DNA of 60,177 nucleotides, the filler included, from Ionaspis alba (lineage: Eukaryota), in the NCBI GenBank assembly GCA_964255285.1. It is 6 parts of 6 records of this genome, joined end to end, with 100 filler letters (N's around TTAATTAATTAA, not from the genome) between each part and the next. Parts side by side here need not be neighbours in the genome. Positions count along the whole stretch, not along the records: positions 1 to 9,992 come from CAXUUL010000636.1; positions 10,093 to 20,083 come from CAXUUL010000637.1; 4 more parts are not named here. One strand, written 5' to 3'. The position numbers and the translations under genes were made by a program. The notes beneath the pieces are model-generated. The model did not search any database. It had not been told where the DNA came from and was given only the letters and a program-made list of their open reading frames with translations. Positions 1 through 12,324 of the stretch are shown here, piece after piece (position 1 is the first letter of the stretch; each line of letters begins with the position of its first letter).

Positions 1-300
1 TTTTTTTTAATTAATATATTTTTAATTATTCGACGACGTAAAATCGTATAAAAAATATCGAAAATATAAACGAGTTTTTTAATATTATAGAAATAATTTA
101 TTTTATAGATATCGAAAATTTCTAAAAATCGAATTTCGCGTTCTTGTAAAGGTATTCTAAAAAAATTAATATACGAATAATATAAACGCTTTAATTTACT
201 GATATAACGTATATAGAAGGCGTAGAAAAGGCGTGGAGAAACGTGAAAATAAAAAAAAAAAAGGGAAAAAGGGAAAATACCAAGACCTTAATAACCATAT
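1..300. repeat. AT-rich, probably RIP-mutated repeat/transposon relic
   Basis: Far more AT-rich than the rest of the window. TpA-rich and visibly poor in CpA/TpG, while CpG is kept (cgacgacgta, atcg). Sits at a contig end and has no credible ORF. Confidence 0.6.
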
Positions 301-621
301 TGGTGGTAAAACCACTTTGGTGGGGGGCGAGACTAGTGCCATGTGCCCCAATTTGCGCCGTCGAGGTCACATGATTGCAATATATTTTGCCCGAAGCGGT
401 GAGCACCAGTATAGCTAGGTATAATCACCCTTCAGGCATTTCATGAACCATAACTCTAGGGCTATTACGGGCTGCTGGCCCCGCGAGAAGTCTTACACAG
501 ATTGAGCAGGTACTAAAGCGTGCTTCGAAAGCATATGACACGGCTGTACATGAGCCCAGACCCTAGCATTGTCATCTCTTCTAATTCTGCTACTCCTTGG
601 TAGACAGTACTGACTTCGACA

Positions 622-3451
622 TTAGTCTGCCTCCTTCCCCCACGGACCAACACGCACAGCATTATCACTCAAGACATCTACCTGCACATCCTCAACGCCA
701 CACATATACGAACCCCCGATCCTTTCTACGACGAGCCAAACACCATGACCCTCGCACATGCTTGGCGAGATATCCACATCTTCAGTCCGCAGTCCTGTAG
801 GAACATAGGCGAATTCTCCACCTTCGCTGATTGCCAGGATCTTCTTGTTCGGACCTTGTCCATACTCGAGTGCCACTCTCAACGGCGATCGAGAGCTTTT
901 CCCACGTTCCACATTCCGTGCATGCACACGCAGCCGTGTGATACGACTGACGTAAAGGGGTGTCAAGAGACGGTCGAGACCTTCTATAAACGAAGCCGGA
1001 GGAATCTTTGACACAAGCCGACCAGCTTCGTCGAGAGGAAGAGACTTGACGAAACACTCGAACATTGATCGTATGCCCATTGAAAAACGTCCGAGCTGAC
1101 GCTCTTCGAAGGTTGAGCAAATTATTGTGTAGGTTCCTGGCTGTACGTCACGAATCTCTGCCAGGCAAGATCCTCTGCGATACTCACCGCTGTCGCCTAC
1201 GATATCTCGAGTTGTGACATGGGAAACCCGCTTACCGCCAGCCCAGAGAAGTTTGACATGGATCGCAAAGTCCTTCTTGTCAGACTCAAGAAGCAATGCT
1301 ATATCAGATGCTCTAGAAAGAGTAAGACTGAATTGCGGATTAGCATGGTATGCGGGATTGCTGGCATTACCACCTGCAGTGGAAAAGGTCCAAGCACCTT
1401 CCACGACGGTAGAATGACTGTATTTCTCTTCGGCTTGGGAGATGGTCAAATGATTGATAGAAAAGGTAGATAACGTGAAATTGTATGATGAATTAGGCAG
1501 TGCCTGCTCCGATACCACAATCGTGTATACGGCGCTCGGAGGTAGCTCGAGCCGAAGGAGCGAATTTGGCGCGTCAACATAAGGACTTCGGACGAGAGAT
1601 TTATCGGTCAAGGCCACTCTAGATCCACCGGTGTTGTAGGCGTAGAGGCTTAGATAGCCAACTTCATGTCCTTTCCCGTTTGCACTATCCAGAGTAGCCG
1701 GCACATCCTGAATATGTTTGCTCAGGAGGAGCCACACGGTTCCTCCTTTCGCACTGCGCACAGTGTACTGTGGATTCCGATCGAAAGAGCCTTCAGGACT
1801 TTGATTATTTCGAAGATCCCACGTGAAATGAATATCTTCTCGATACGAAAACAGTCCTGGATTCCAATTCAGATACACTGTTTCGAAGTTCTGGAAGACA
1901 TCATTGATATCCATCCAGAACGTGCCAGGTGTAAGTAGCTCTGTCTTTTCGCTCGACGGAATCGATTTGCTCTGAGCCCCGTCTGATTCAGTGGCATGGT
2001 CGAGGTAGCCTTTCCACGTCCTCCCTTCCGTCCACGGATTCTTGATTAGGAACAGACGGCGACCATCTGACTCCTTCATGTCGATAACTGCATAGTCGTG
2101 CTCGCCTGCCAGTCCGATAAAGTTCTCTTCGTGCTGCATTAATTTGCCTGTTCCTATGGTGACAAGGACATCGCCATAGCTAAATGCGTTGAATATTCTG
2201 CGCCAAAATGTGTTTGGAACGATATCATCACTGTAGGCATGAATGTCAGCTCACCAAACCTTCGGAAGTATCCCCATGCGTATTACCTCCTCAAAAATAA
2301 TTGTTCTGGGATCCAGCTGGTAAGGACCCATATATCCGTCGCAGAGTTGCTACCAGGGAAATCATAGCCACCCCTGATCTTCAAATATGCCTTTTCAATA
2401 AGTGCAGGCCACAGAAGCCAAGGATTCCTGCGATCAAAGACATATAGAGAGCGTCCAGAGGAAGTAGATGGAAGTCTGTCATCGATTATAACTTTCCTGG
2501 AACACCCATTAAAATGTAGCTTAAAGATATATTTTCCATTGGGCGACATTGCAGGTCTTTTCGCCATGCTGTCGTAAGGATACATGATTGAAGAAATAAT
2601 CTGCGTATCCGTCAGCCTGGTCGAATCGTATATGGGAGAGCCCGTACCCTAGCATGTCCTTTTTCAGCTCGCGCAGTTCCCACGCAAAGACTAGCAACAA
2701 CGGAGCAGTCACTGGTGATATCCTGGACTAAATCGATAACATCTTGAGACTTCATCGTGGGCTCGCACGCCCCGCACTTATCTGGATCCTTGACAACGCC
2801 GGACATGACGTCCTTTGGTCTGCGCCAGCCAGTGAAGACGTTCAATTGCTCAGCTGAAAACCGAAAATTGGTTGGGTCCCTAAGCACAAGTCTTCGTTAT
2901 TGTCTGAATCTCACCATTGCCTACCCTGGTCCAACGAGGAATTGTGGCGCCTTACGTGAAAGGCTCAGATTCATTATCTAGGTCGAAGTCCGATGTACCG
3001 GGAGGACACTTCCAAGGAGGGAACACACAGCCGTTCAGCTTGGAGCCTTGTAATATGATAATCTGTTCTCGGGTCGATAATGCTCGAGTAGAGACAGGCT
3101 GCTTAAGTTCTTTGATTTTCTGCCCCTGGATCTGATCAAGCTTGGTCTCAGATATCGTTTCCCTCGGTAATGGCCATGTTTGGGAATTCTTGATCATTTC
3201 TGCTTCGTATAGTAGAGCTTGGCTCTGACTTTTCAATAAATTTCTTTCATTTTCATCTTTTGTAAGTTTCATGGACCGCATCAGTTCCTCTGCGGTATCA
3301 AGGATTGCGGTAAGCGCATCCCTTCTCGAGACCGTCTTGTTGATAGATAATTCCTTTTGCTGAATGATATAAGCCAGCGAGAAACAGCCTTGCGGAGAAT
3401 CCTTACCGAGATTAGATCTCGACCAAAGGTAGAGGCGTTGATGTTTTCCAT
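622..3451 (-). CDS. palB: Calpain-like protease PalB/Rim13 (ambient pH signalling), about 5 exons
   Basis: Catalytic Cys motif QDITSDCSVVASL, LWPALIEKAYLKIRGGYDFPGSNS, His motif GEHDYAV and Asn motif KNPW, followed by calpain domain III repeats (TAGGNASNPAYHANPQF). GT-AG introns at about 3360-3406, 2880-2955, 2601-2647 and 2231-2286. The start ATG at 3451 is inferred. Confidence 0.93.
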
Positions 3452-3835
3452 AGCTACCCATCACCATTGGTTTCGACGCGAAACTTGAGAGTCATATACG
3501 TGCATCGCGAAGTACCTTGAGACGATGTGTTTGTCTTGTTTGTTCCGGGTCACCGGTATCTCCACCGACAGCCGAGGCTTCAAGCGCAAAGGGTACTGAT
3601 GCGGGCAGATTGGCAGCATATGTCATTTCCCAGTTCCCGCTTTCAATTCCTCCTCTTTTCGACCCTATAGCTCTTTTAGGAGCAAAATGTCCCCAGAGAC
3701 ACCGTACTGCCTCAATTGAACGACTTCGCCATCAAGCACAACCTGACTTCTATCCCGCTTTGCAGTCTTCCACCCTGCATGCTAAAAATCATTTCGAGTT
3801 TCTTTCCGTGACGAACCTCACCGAAGCAACGGAAG

Positions 3836-5016
3836 ATGGCCTCTGACGCGGGGAGACCACCTCTTCCCCCTTGGGGTAGTGCTCTAGCAGGAGCGACCGG
3901 TGCCGTTCTGGCGAACGCTCTAGTCTATCCCCTCGACGTGTGAGCTTTATCCTAACCTCTAGATTATAGCTCGACTAATATCCTTCTCCCCTCCAGAGTC
4001 AAAACCAGGCTTCAAGTGCAGGTGAAGCATAAAGGCGACGCAATTCCCCTCACAACCAACAATGCGCACTACAACTCGACTCTCCATGCCATCAGCCATA
4101 TCCTCTCTGACGAAGGCCTGACTGGCTTGTACTCTGGCATCAATGGCTCCCTCTTGGGAGTCGCCTCTACGAACTTCGCCTACTTCTATTGGTACTCCGT
4201 CATCCGCACTCTTTACATCAGCACACAAACCCTCCCTACAAATCCTAGCACTGCAATTGAACTGTCGCTAGGCGCAGCAGCCGGCGGCGTTGCCCAGGTA
4301 TTCACAATCCCTGTCTCGGTGGTGACGACGAGGCAACAGACACAGCCGAAAGGGGAGCGGAAGGGACTACTAGATACAGGGCGGGAGGTAGTAGATAGCG
4401 AGGATGGGTGGTCAGGGTTGTGGAGAGGCTTGAAGGCAAGCTTGATTCTGGTAGTGAATCCAGCGATTACGTATGGCGCATATCAGCGTTTTAAGATTGT
4501 GCTGTTTCCTACGAAAAATGATCTGCGGCCTTGGGAGGCTTTTTGTAAGCCTCTAATCTGGTATCACTGGTCATGGTGCTTTGCTGATAGTCTGGGTGAT
4601 AGTACTCGGGGCAATGTCGAAAGCGCTGGCGACCATTGTCACACAGCCGCTAATTGTGGCCAAAGTGGGACTGCAGTCGCGGCCGCCGCCCGCGAGGCAG
4701 GGGAAGCATTTCAAGAGCTTTATTGAGGTTATGGCATACATTGTCGAGCATGAAGGGCTTTTAGGGCTGTTCAAGGGGATTGGTCCGCAAATTACGAAGG
4801 GATTGCTGGTTCAGGGATTGCTTATGATGACGAAAGAAAGGTAGTGTATCCAAACGGGCAACTTGTGAGACTTCTGGGCTTACAAGATACAGGATGGAAA
4901 TTCTCTTCGTCGTTCTCTTCGCCTACGTCCGTCGTGTCAGATCTGCGAAGGTTCAGCAATGGGCCACGATGGCTGCAGAGAAGTCGAAGCATGTTTTGCC
5001 GGTTGTGGCCAAATAG
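3836..5016 (+). CDS. ANT1: Peroxisomal adenine nucleotide transporter (mitochondrial carrier family), 4 exons
   Basis: PWGSALAGATGAVLANALVYPLD..KTRLQVQ, NFAYFYWYS, SLILVVNPAITYG, QPLIVAKVGLQ, GPQITKGLLVQGLLMMTKER. Three carrier repeats. Stop TAG at 5014-5016. Confidence 0.92.
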
Positions 5017-5871
5017 TGGAACTTCTGCTCAGTCATAAACTTTGTACATATATTCCTTTAGATTGGGAGAACCACACCAGAGCTGCGTGAAAATTCTCGT
5101 GCTAGGCCCTCCTTGTTCTCGCCACCAACGGACGATGTACAGTCAACGTCGATGCAAGAAGTCTGCTCTAATGTCTGAATATTACACAAACAAAACGATA
5201 TTCTGCAGTATCGTCATGCTTATTCAGTCTGACGAAGTTCTTCTCACACTGGTTCGGGATGGACGACTCTCGAAATTCGTCACTGCTCCGTCTTTGAAAA
5301 ACGATTCAAGGCATGCTCGCCCGAGCTGGAGATCTCAGAAGGCGGGACGCTCGTCTTCTGTCTGGCAAGCTCAGATAGAAAGGCGTCATTCTCGGCCATA
5401 CTATCTCAGCGCGACGGTGATTATCATCACTAAAAGGAGACTCTTTAGGAGGCATTTGAGGCCCCAAACGAGACTTTGGATAATGCGTCTTGGGCAGAAT
5501 ATAATCTTACCAACCAGTTGTAGTTGATAGCACAATCTGAGCATTTGTTGATGACCTTATGTATCAAATGCTGAAATTGCTCAAGCTATAGGTACTGCTC
5601 GTAGTTTCTGATTGGCGTTGAGCAGGCATAGGTGTCGATGTATCAAATGTGGTGCGTTGTTATTACTCGAGTCATGTCCCTGATCTAGTCAACGCAAACA
5701 CCCGATGCCTACAGTTATTTTCAGATGATGGCTGTACTTTACAAGTAATTATGAGCACCAAGAGCGAGGGAACAGTACTGAAAAGAGATCTATGTAACAG
5801 GGGGAGTAACGTTGTAAGGTGTAGCGGGATCTCTGAATATTTCGTTTTTATCCTCCAATTTTCAATTCAGC

Positions 5872-8520
5872 ATGTTGGATGTCAGCGTGACTGATCACCC
5901 GAATGATTTGTCTTTAAGCATTTCACCCTTCGACACCGAGGTGAGAGGCTACAAGTGTCGATATCAATGTCTTAGTGACAATGATTGATACTGTATAGGC
6001 CTGCTATGTCTACTATCCGCCTGGGAATGAGAAGAAGACCTCATCANNNNNNNNNNNNNNNNNNNNNNNNNNNNNNNNNNNNNNNNNNNNNNNNNNNNNN
6101 NNNNNNNNNNNNNNNNNNNNNNNNNNNNNNNNNNNNNNNNNNNNNNGGGAATGAGAAGAAGACCTCATCACGTCCAAAAAAGCGTCGGAAGATCACCCAC
6201 ATTGAAGATGGCCGCACTAAACGGCACGAATCACGCTTCGTCTCCTTGATGGATGGCAAAGAAGAGCCAGAGTACGTCTCTGTGAGAGCAAAATTGTACG
6301 AAGAGTCATGGGCTGGACAGGAGGACGCGTTACAGGTATTCGCACTTCGTCGGATTCCTCAATGTAACTCACTATGTACAAGGACGTCCTACGAAAAGTC
6401 AACAGCGCCACGGTTGAGAATGTTGTCGAATTCATAGACAACATCGATTTCACAAAGTAAGTAGTGCCTCATCCTCTCACTGAGGATACGCGCTTAGGAC
6501 ACCCCCAAAGATTTCAACCACAGATTCCTACAGGTCTAATATCCTTCGGATTTGCCGCCACGGATTCGAGATTCCTGTCTGCTGCAATAGCAAACGCCAT
6601 GAGAGAAAATTCGAAGAGCATTGTGATCAATGTTGAATCCACTCAATGTCCCAATCTGAAGACTGCGCTCAAGCACATCATTCGCAACGGTGTCAGTCAG
6701 GGGCTCGATGGACCTAACGATGAGCTGCCGTCACACGATCAACAGGTATTTTACTCGTCCGATCTACGCAACACTGTATTAAGTCCGTTAAGGGCAACCG
6801 CTTGCTCAACTACGACTTACAATTACTTCATGACGAGGTGAAGAGGCATGCAGCATCGCGCGTGATCCTATCTTTTCAAAACAGCGAATCAATAGACGGA
6901 GACGTTCTGGCAGAGCTAGTGGACGTTCTTAGGTATGCATCGCATCCACGAGATCATGACTAGCTAATGGAGCGTAGTTCATGGCAGGATCGAGTACCAT
7001 TTGTGCTGTTGTTAGAGATTGCAACGTCGATCAGCTTATTCCAGGAGAAGCTGCCCCAGGGAACCACTCGCTATTTGCATGGAACCTCCTTTGAGACGAG
7101 AGGTGCTTCGGATTCCATGGAATTGGTGTTTCGGGCAGTCACAGCTCCTGTCGCCGAAAACCGACTTTGGGTTGGCGCTGGACTTTGTAGATTGATTCTG
7201 GATCGACAGTCCGAGCATGTTCAGAGCGCGGAGACATTCATACGAGTCCTCAAGGTATGACACGTCGCTCTTATATGACGATAGAACTGAACAGAACTTC
7301 TAGTACGCTCATATGACCCATTTCTTCGCCAATCCCGTTAGTGTACTGCTTGGCTATCGACACACTGTTGAGACATTGCAGACAGAGCACTGTAAAGCTA
7401 TTCGCAAATTAGCATCGTTTCGAAGGCGAGTCTATCTACCACTTGACAGTCTACATTACTCATTCTAGATAGTCATGTCAACAAACTCATGCAGAATAAG
7501 AAAGCAACGGAAGTCAAGCGGTTGCTCGATAACGACATTTTCCTCCTAGATGCTGCCTACAACATGATACAGCAGGGGCAGCAATCTATAGGCAATCTGG
7601 TATTGTCGTTAGAAGTGATAGACGTGATCCAGGCATGCATATCTACAAAGTCTGCGATCACCTGGTCGAAGCTCTACGTCAAAGGACTGTCTGGGGAGCT
7701 CTTCGATTCTCCACTTGTGCGAGAGATTCTCCTTTTAGTCAGAAAACTGCCCTCTGATCGCATGCTGGACATGCTCAAGAAGCTCTCCTTTAACCCCATA
7801 CTCGATTTCGGCAGCGTTCGGTCCGATCTAGAGGTTCTTATGGCCGTGGCCGCTAATAGCGGCGCCTCTCTGCACAGTGAATACGACGTCCACCATGAGA
7901 CGCTGCGCACAACCGTTGTTGCCCAGAAAGTTTCACTGAGCCGACACAGATCGGTTCTATCGAAAGATGACACGGCGTACTCGAGGCTTGTCGACCGCGT
8001 TAATGAAGGACTACAAGACTTTTTTAAGGAGCATTTGATCCGCCCTAAAGACCTCCCGTTGCATGAGATCTTTTTGTTCGATCTGAAATCGCCTTGTCGA
8101 TATGCATTTATGCCGCTGCCCCGACATGCTGTGGAGCGTGCTTTGAGCGCCCCACATGACTACTTGAACTGCGATTGCTGCAAGGGCCAGGAGGGTGGAT
8201 TGTCGGCTAGTCAGCCGCCAACTGCTATATTGTTCCAACTCTATTTGGAGTCTGGCGCTCTGATCAACATTTCAGATCTGTGGTCGGCATTCTATGCTAT
8301 TTTGGGATCTGGTGAGCAGGAAGGAGAGGATGGTGTTGAAGAGGAGCAGATATTGTGAGTGCTGTGACGTCGTCGTTCAGGAGACTTGAGGGCTAAGCTG
8401 ACCACTTTTGGCAGGGCGCTGTTCTACCGAGCTCTTGTAGAGCTGAAGTATCTCGGATTGATCAAGAACAGTAGAAAAAAGCCGGATCACCTTACCAAGC
8501 TGGTGTGGAAAGGTCTTTAG
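5872..8520 (+). CDS. ORC3: Origin recognition complex subunit 3 (multi-exon, spans an N gap)
   Basis: QIPTGLI, RLLNYDLQLLHD, SWQDRVPFVLLLEIATS, YAHMTHFFANPVSVL, PRHAVERALSAPHDYLNCDCC, PPTAILFQLYLESGALINISDLWSAF, ALFYRALVELKYLGLIKNSRKKPDHLTKLVWKGL*. The start is inferred. Confidence 0.92.
6047..6146. other. 100-N assembly gap with a duplicated flank (probably a negative-length gap)
   Basis: gggaatgagaagaagacctcatca occurs immediately before and immediately after the Ns. Confidence 0.9.
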
Positions 8521-8672
8521 TGATATTCGAAGTCAACGAGAGCTCCAAAGATCATATAGATTTCCTGTATTCAAACTTCCAGCTCATATGACTTGCATCT
8601 GGGGTATCGAAAAGCAAGATTCAACGCCAATTCACCATCAAAGATGCATAACCTTCCAGACCCGGGACCCAC

Positions 8673-9915
8673 TTACATCAAGTACCCATCTGCAGGGCCA
8701 TATCCATCCATCAACTCACTCATCTGCCGCATCACCTCCTCTCTCTCCGTGGCACGCTGTATAATATTCTCCCTGCCCAGCGGCTCCCCGTCATCACTTA
8801 TAACCATCGCCTCTCTCCTCCTTCTCCTCAACGCCTGCTCCTCCACACTCTCGTCATGCACCCTCGCAGCCACATTCATGCCCTCCGAGTTGACAGGCTC
8901 GTCAATCTCCACAGAATCAATCATCACTACATCGCCATCATCGTCTCGTGACTCATCCATTGCGCTGCCTATGAGTCTGTATTTCCGCAACTGCCGTCGG
9001 CCCTCTGGTTCCATACAAATGAGTCCGATAATCCGACCGAGGGCTATGTCTTCTGACTGGCCAGTTTTAAGACACTGCACGATCTCCATCTTTTGCATTT
9101 CAGTCGTCTCGGTGCCGCCAAAGGGATACTTTGAAAGCCAGCGGTGGACAAGACCGGCGCGAAGGGCGTCGATCGCATTGGATCGCATGGTGTGGTATAG
9201 AATGTAGAGGATGTCACGCTCGGGTTGAGTGCGGTCCTTATGGTTCGTTGCGTCATCCGCACAGGTTGGAGGATTGGTAGAGGTAAGTTTGCAAAGGCTA
9301 GTGACAAGGACTTCGAAGGTTGGAACGGTGGACACGATTTCTCGCGCAGCTAGACTTTATTGGTTACCTATATCAATTGACTGGAACATGCGATGCTTAC
9401 AGCTTGTGCAAAGAAACCTTAGGGATTTTAGCGCCTGGTCTCGCAGCTCGGGATCTTTCCCTGCAACGTTCCTAAGTAGAAGCTGGTAGATCTCTGGTTG
9501 TGTAGAACGCTCGATGACTATCCTGTTCGCTCTTGGATTCGTTCAGTAAAGATTGAGAACCTTTGACGGAAAAGTCAGCGCTCACGCTAGTCGAATGTCT
9601 CTGTTTGAACCGAATGCTAGATCTCGTAGGGTGTCAAGCTTCAAGGCTAAAACCCGATTAGATCTCATGAACATTCAACTTAGATCTACGCCACTTACCG
9701 TCTTCGGTATGCTGGCTGATGAGCTCTGGGGTTTTCTCCTCGTGGTTGATTCGAGCGGCTGTCCTTACGGCCAGTAAGAGATCTCGAACTGTGTATGCTG
9801 TGACGGCCGCAAGGACACCTGTAGGACATTGTCAGATCAGATACGTCATCTTTGATCTCACTCATCTACCTATTCCCACCCACAAAAGGGTATCAGTATG
9901 CCTGAGCGTACCCAT
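8673..9915 (-). CDS. Conserved hypothetical Pezizomycotina protein with an N-terminal hydrophobic anchor, about 5 exons
   Basis: Spliced reading MGTLRHTDTLLWVGIG/VLAAV..SQHTED/ALKLDTLRDL.., with a last exon containing AIDALRAGLVHRWLSKYPFGG and EESVEEQALRRRRREAMVISDDGEPL-like motifs. Canonical GT-AG introns. Confidence 0.7.
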
Positions 9916-9992
9916 CTCCGCTTCATACTACAGGAGCATCTAAAAACTAACGTTGAAGATCGACGTCAGAGGCTCAAGCGTCGGAATGTCGG

Positions 9993-10092
9993 NNNNNNNN
10001 NNNNNNNNNNNNNNNNNNNNNNNNNNNNNNNNNNNNTTAATTAATTAANNNNNNNNNNNNNNNNNNNNNNNNNNNNNNNNNNNNNNNNNNNN
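9993..10092. other. Artificial contig spacer N44-TTAATTAATTAA-N44
   Basis: A six-frame stop linker between N runs, identical in structure at five places. Confidence 0.97.
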
Positions 10093-10432
10093 GTGGTGAA
10101 GGTGGGGGTTGTGGTGATTTGGTGGTGGTGGAAAGGGGAGGGTAAGGGCGGAGATGTGGTATGAAGTGTCAAAATGGATTAAAAGGGCTTTAAGTTGCTT
10201 AGACTAATGTTGGATATGATTGATTCGGTGGAAGGATGTGTCTATATGGACAGCAGGCAGCATAGCAATATGCCGAGACAGAGTGTGCTCATTGATCCGA
10301 GCTGCTGATGTCGATGCTCGTAGTCAGAGTTTCCGCCGTATTCGGAAATTTTGATTATGTTCCGCATAATCTCATCCGATCAGGCACCTGGCAATAGGAA
10401 ACGGGGACAAAATCTCCTTGAAGAATTTCTAT

Positions 10433-12046
10433 TCAGTGCCTCCAAATTCTTACTGCTTTATCATTCCCTCCACTAGCCACTCTCCCTCCATCACCTCCCC
10501 ACTCAACCGCAAAAACCTGATCTTGATGCCCTATCAGGTCTTCTTTCATCTTGCCAGTAGCACAATCCCAGACTTTCAAAGTAGTATCTTTGCTACCACT
10601 TACGAGCATTCTACTATCTGCAGAAAAAGAGCTCATGTAGACAGGTCCGACATGCCCTCTCAGTGTGTGCAGAAATCTTCCGTCGAGACCGCTCCATAAC
10701 TTGACATGATTGTCGAAGGCGGCGGAGGCAACAAGGAGTCCATCCGGGGAGAAAGTAACATGATTGACCTGTTTCTGATGGCCAAGGAGCCGGGCCACAG
10801 GCTTAAAAGAGGTGGAGGGTGCCCAGAGATAGATTGTAAAGTCATCAGAAGCAGACACGAGTCGTTCGATAACTTCACCATTGATGGTAGCAGCTTTTTC
10901 GAAGCGTTCACGGGCCTTCTCGAGTTTACCCGAGTCGGTCTGAGGTATGACGCCTGTGTGGTCGTGGTAAGCTGTGCGGAGAACAAAGTCCGTCGAAAGT
11001 GCAAGATGGTTTACCCAATGGGCATGAGCAGTAAGTGTGCTGACAAGAGATCCGGACCTGGCGTCCCATATCTTGACAGTCTTGTCTTCGGACGAGGTAT
11101 AGATCTTGCCAGTACCGCCCCACCGAACGCAGGAGACTGACCCTCTGTGTCCGGAAAGAACAGTTTCGATTCTCTTGGAGACGACGTCCCAGATGCGAAT
11201 TGTAGCGTCCTTGGAAGCTGAGGCTAGACGAGGTCTGCCGGGCGATTGAAGATGATACGGTTCCCATGCTAGACTTCGAACCCATTTCGTGTGACCTTTG
11301 AGAGGGCTGCCGAGGGCGAGACCCGTGGTTGGATCCCAAAGTCGGACGGTATTGTCCATACTTCCTGTTGCGAGGGCACTAGCATCTGGGGACCAGCTCA
11401 CGACTAGACACCAGCTCGTGTGCCCCTTTAGAGTGTATAGGGGAGTCCCAGTATCGCAGTCCCATACCCGAGCTGTATTGTCGCCGCTACCAGTGGCTAG
11501 TCGGGAGGAGGATGCGGGTGAAAATTGGACGGCAAGTATTGCTTCGCCATGTCCGGGAATAGAGGACGAGCAGCGGGAAACTGGTCGAACGCGAAAGACG
11601 GCTTGTGGAGTATGTTCGAGAGTTATGAGGTCTTCAGTGTTCTTGAGATTGGGTTTGAGGATTGATCGGTAGAGATCGCTCGTGATATCGACAGTGGTAC
11701 TAGTAGATTTATCTATAGCGTCTCGACGAAAGGTAAATCGGTAAGGGACCCGTTCTGATGTGCTCTATACGATCTCAGCACAATAGCTCTTGAGCAGAAA
11801 AAGCTTCCGTTGCAGTACGTTGCCTTGTATCGAATTGACCAGCAATTCAAGATTCTTCACAGTGGCGTCTGCCACCGGAACCAGGATCGGACCTCCAGTA
11901 GCATTGCCCGTAGCATGGTCAAAGAATTGTACCCGGATATTTCCTAGGTCGTGAGGAATTTCACCAACATCCTGCTGCTGCTTCCGAGCCCGCTCTGCTG
12001 TTTCGAGCTTCTGGCGTTTGCTCGGAGGCGGCAGTACAGTCGTCAT
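10433..12046 (-). CDS. RSA4: Ribosome assembly protein 4 / Notchless homolog (NLE + WD40), 2 exons
   Basis: MTTVLPPPSKRQK N-terminus, PQAVFRVRPVSRCSSSIPGH, many WD repeats, HAHWVNHLALSTDFVLRT, ERLVSASDDFTIYLW. Intron at about 11765-11818. Confidence 0.95.
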
Positions 12047-12324
12047 AGTCGGAGAGGGGTTTGACGCTTCAAGGTTGAAATCGAGGATCAGAAGTCGTAG
12101 TCTCGGGAATACTGTTGATTCTAGTCCGATATTTTTGTATAGGGCTTATCGAATGCCAGCCTTACGACTTTTGCCAAGGGCACTAAGGATTCAACTTCAA
12201 GATGAGACACGAATTTTCCTGGTGAAACCTCTCGACATTGTTCCACGACCATGAGCAGAACTCGATGGAGTCAGTGTCAGAATAACAGAAACTTAGCGTG
12301 ATAGCCTTGTGACAACTACTCGCA

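Noticed and set aside
5042..5894. 161-aa and 81-aa ORFs between ANT1 and ORC3
   Set aside because: Non-ATG starts and no recognisable motifs; most likely UTR or intergenic sequence.
8593..9207. 204-aa + strand ORF
   Set aside because: Antisense shadow of the spliced minus-strand gene, with S/I-rich composition and no motif.
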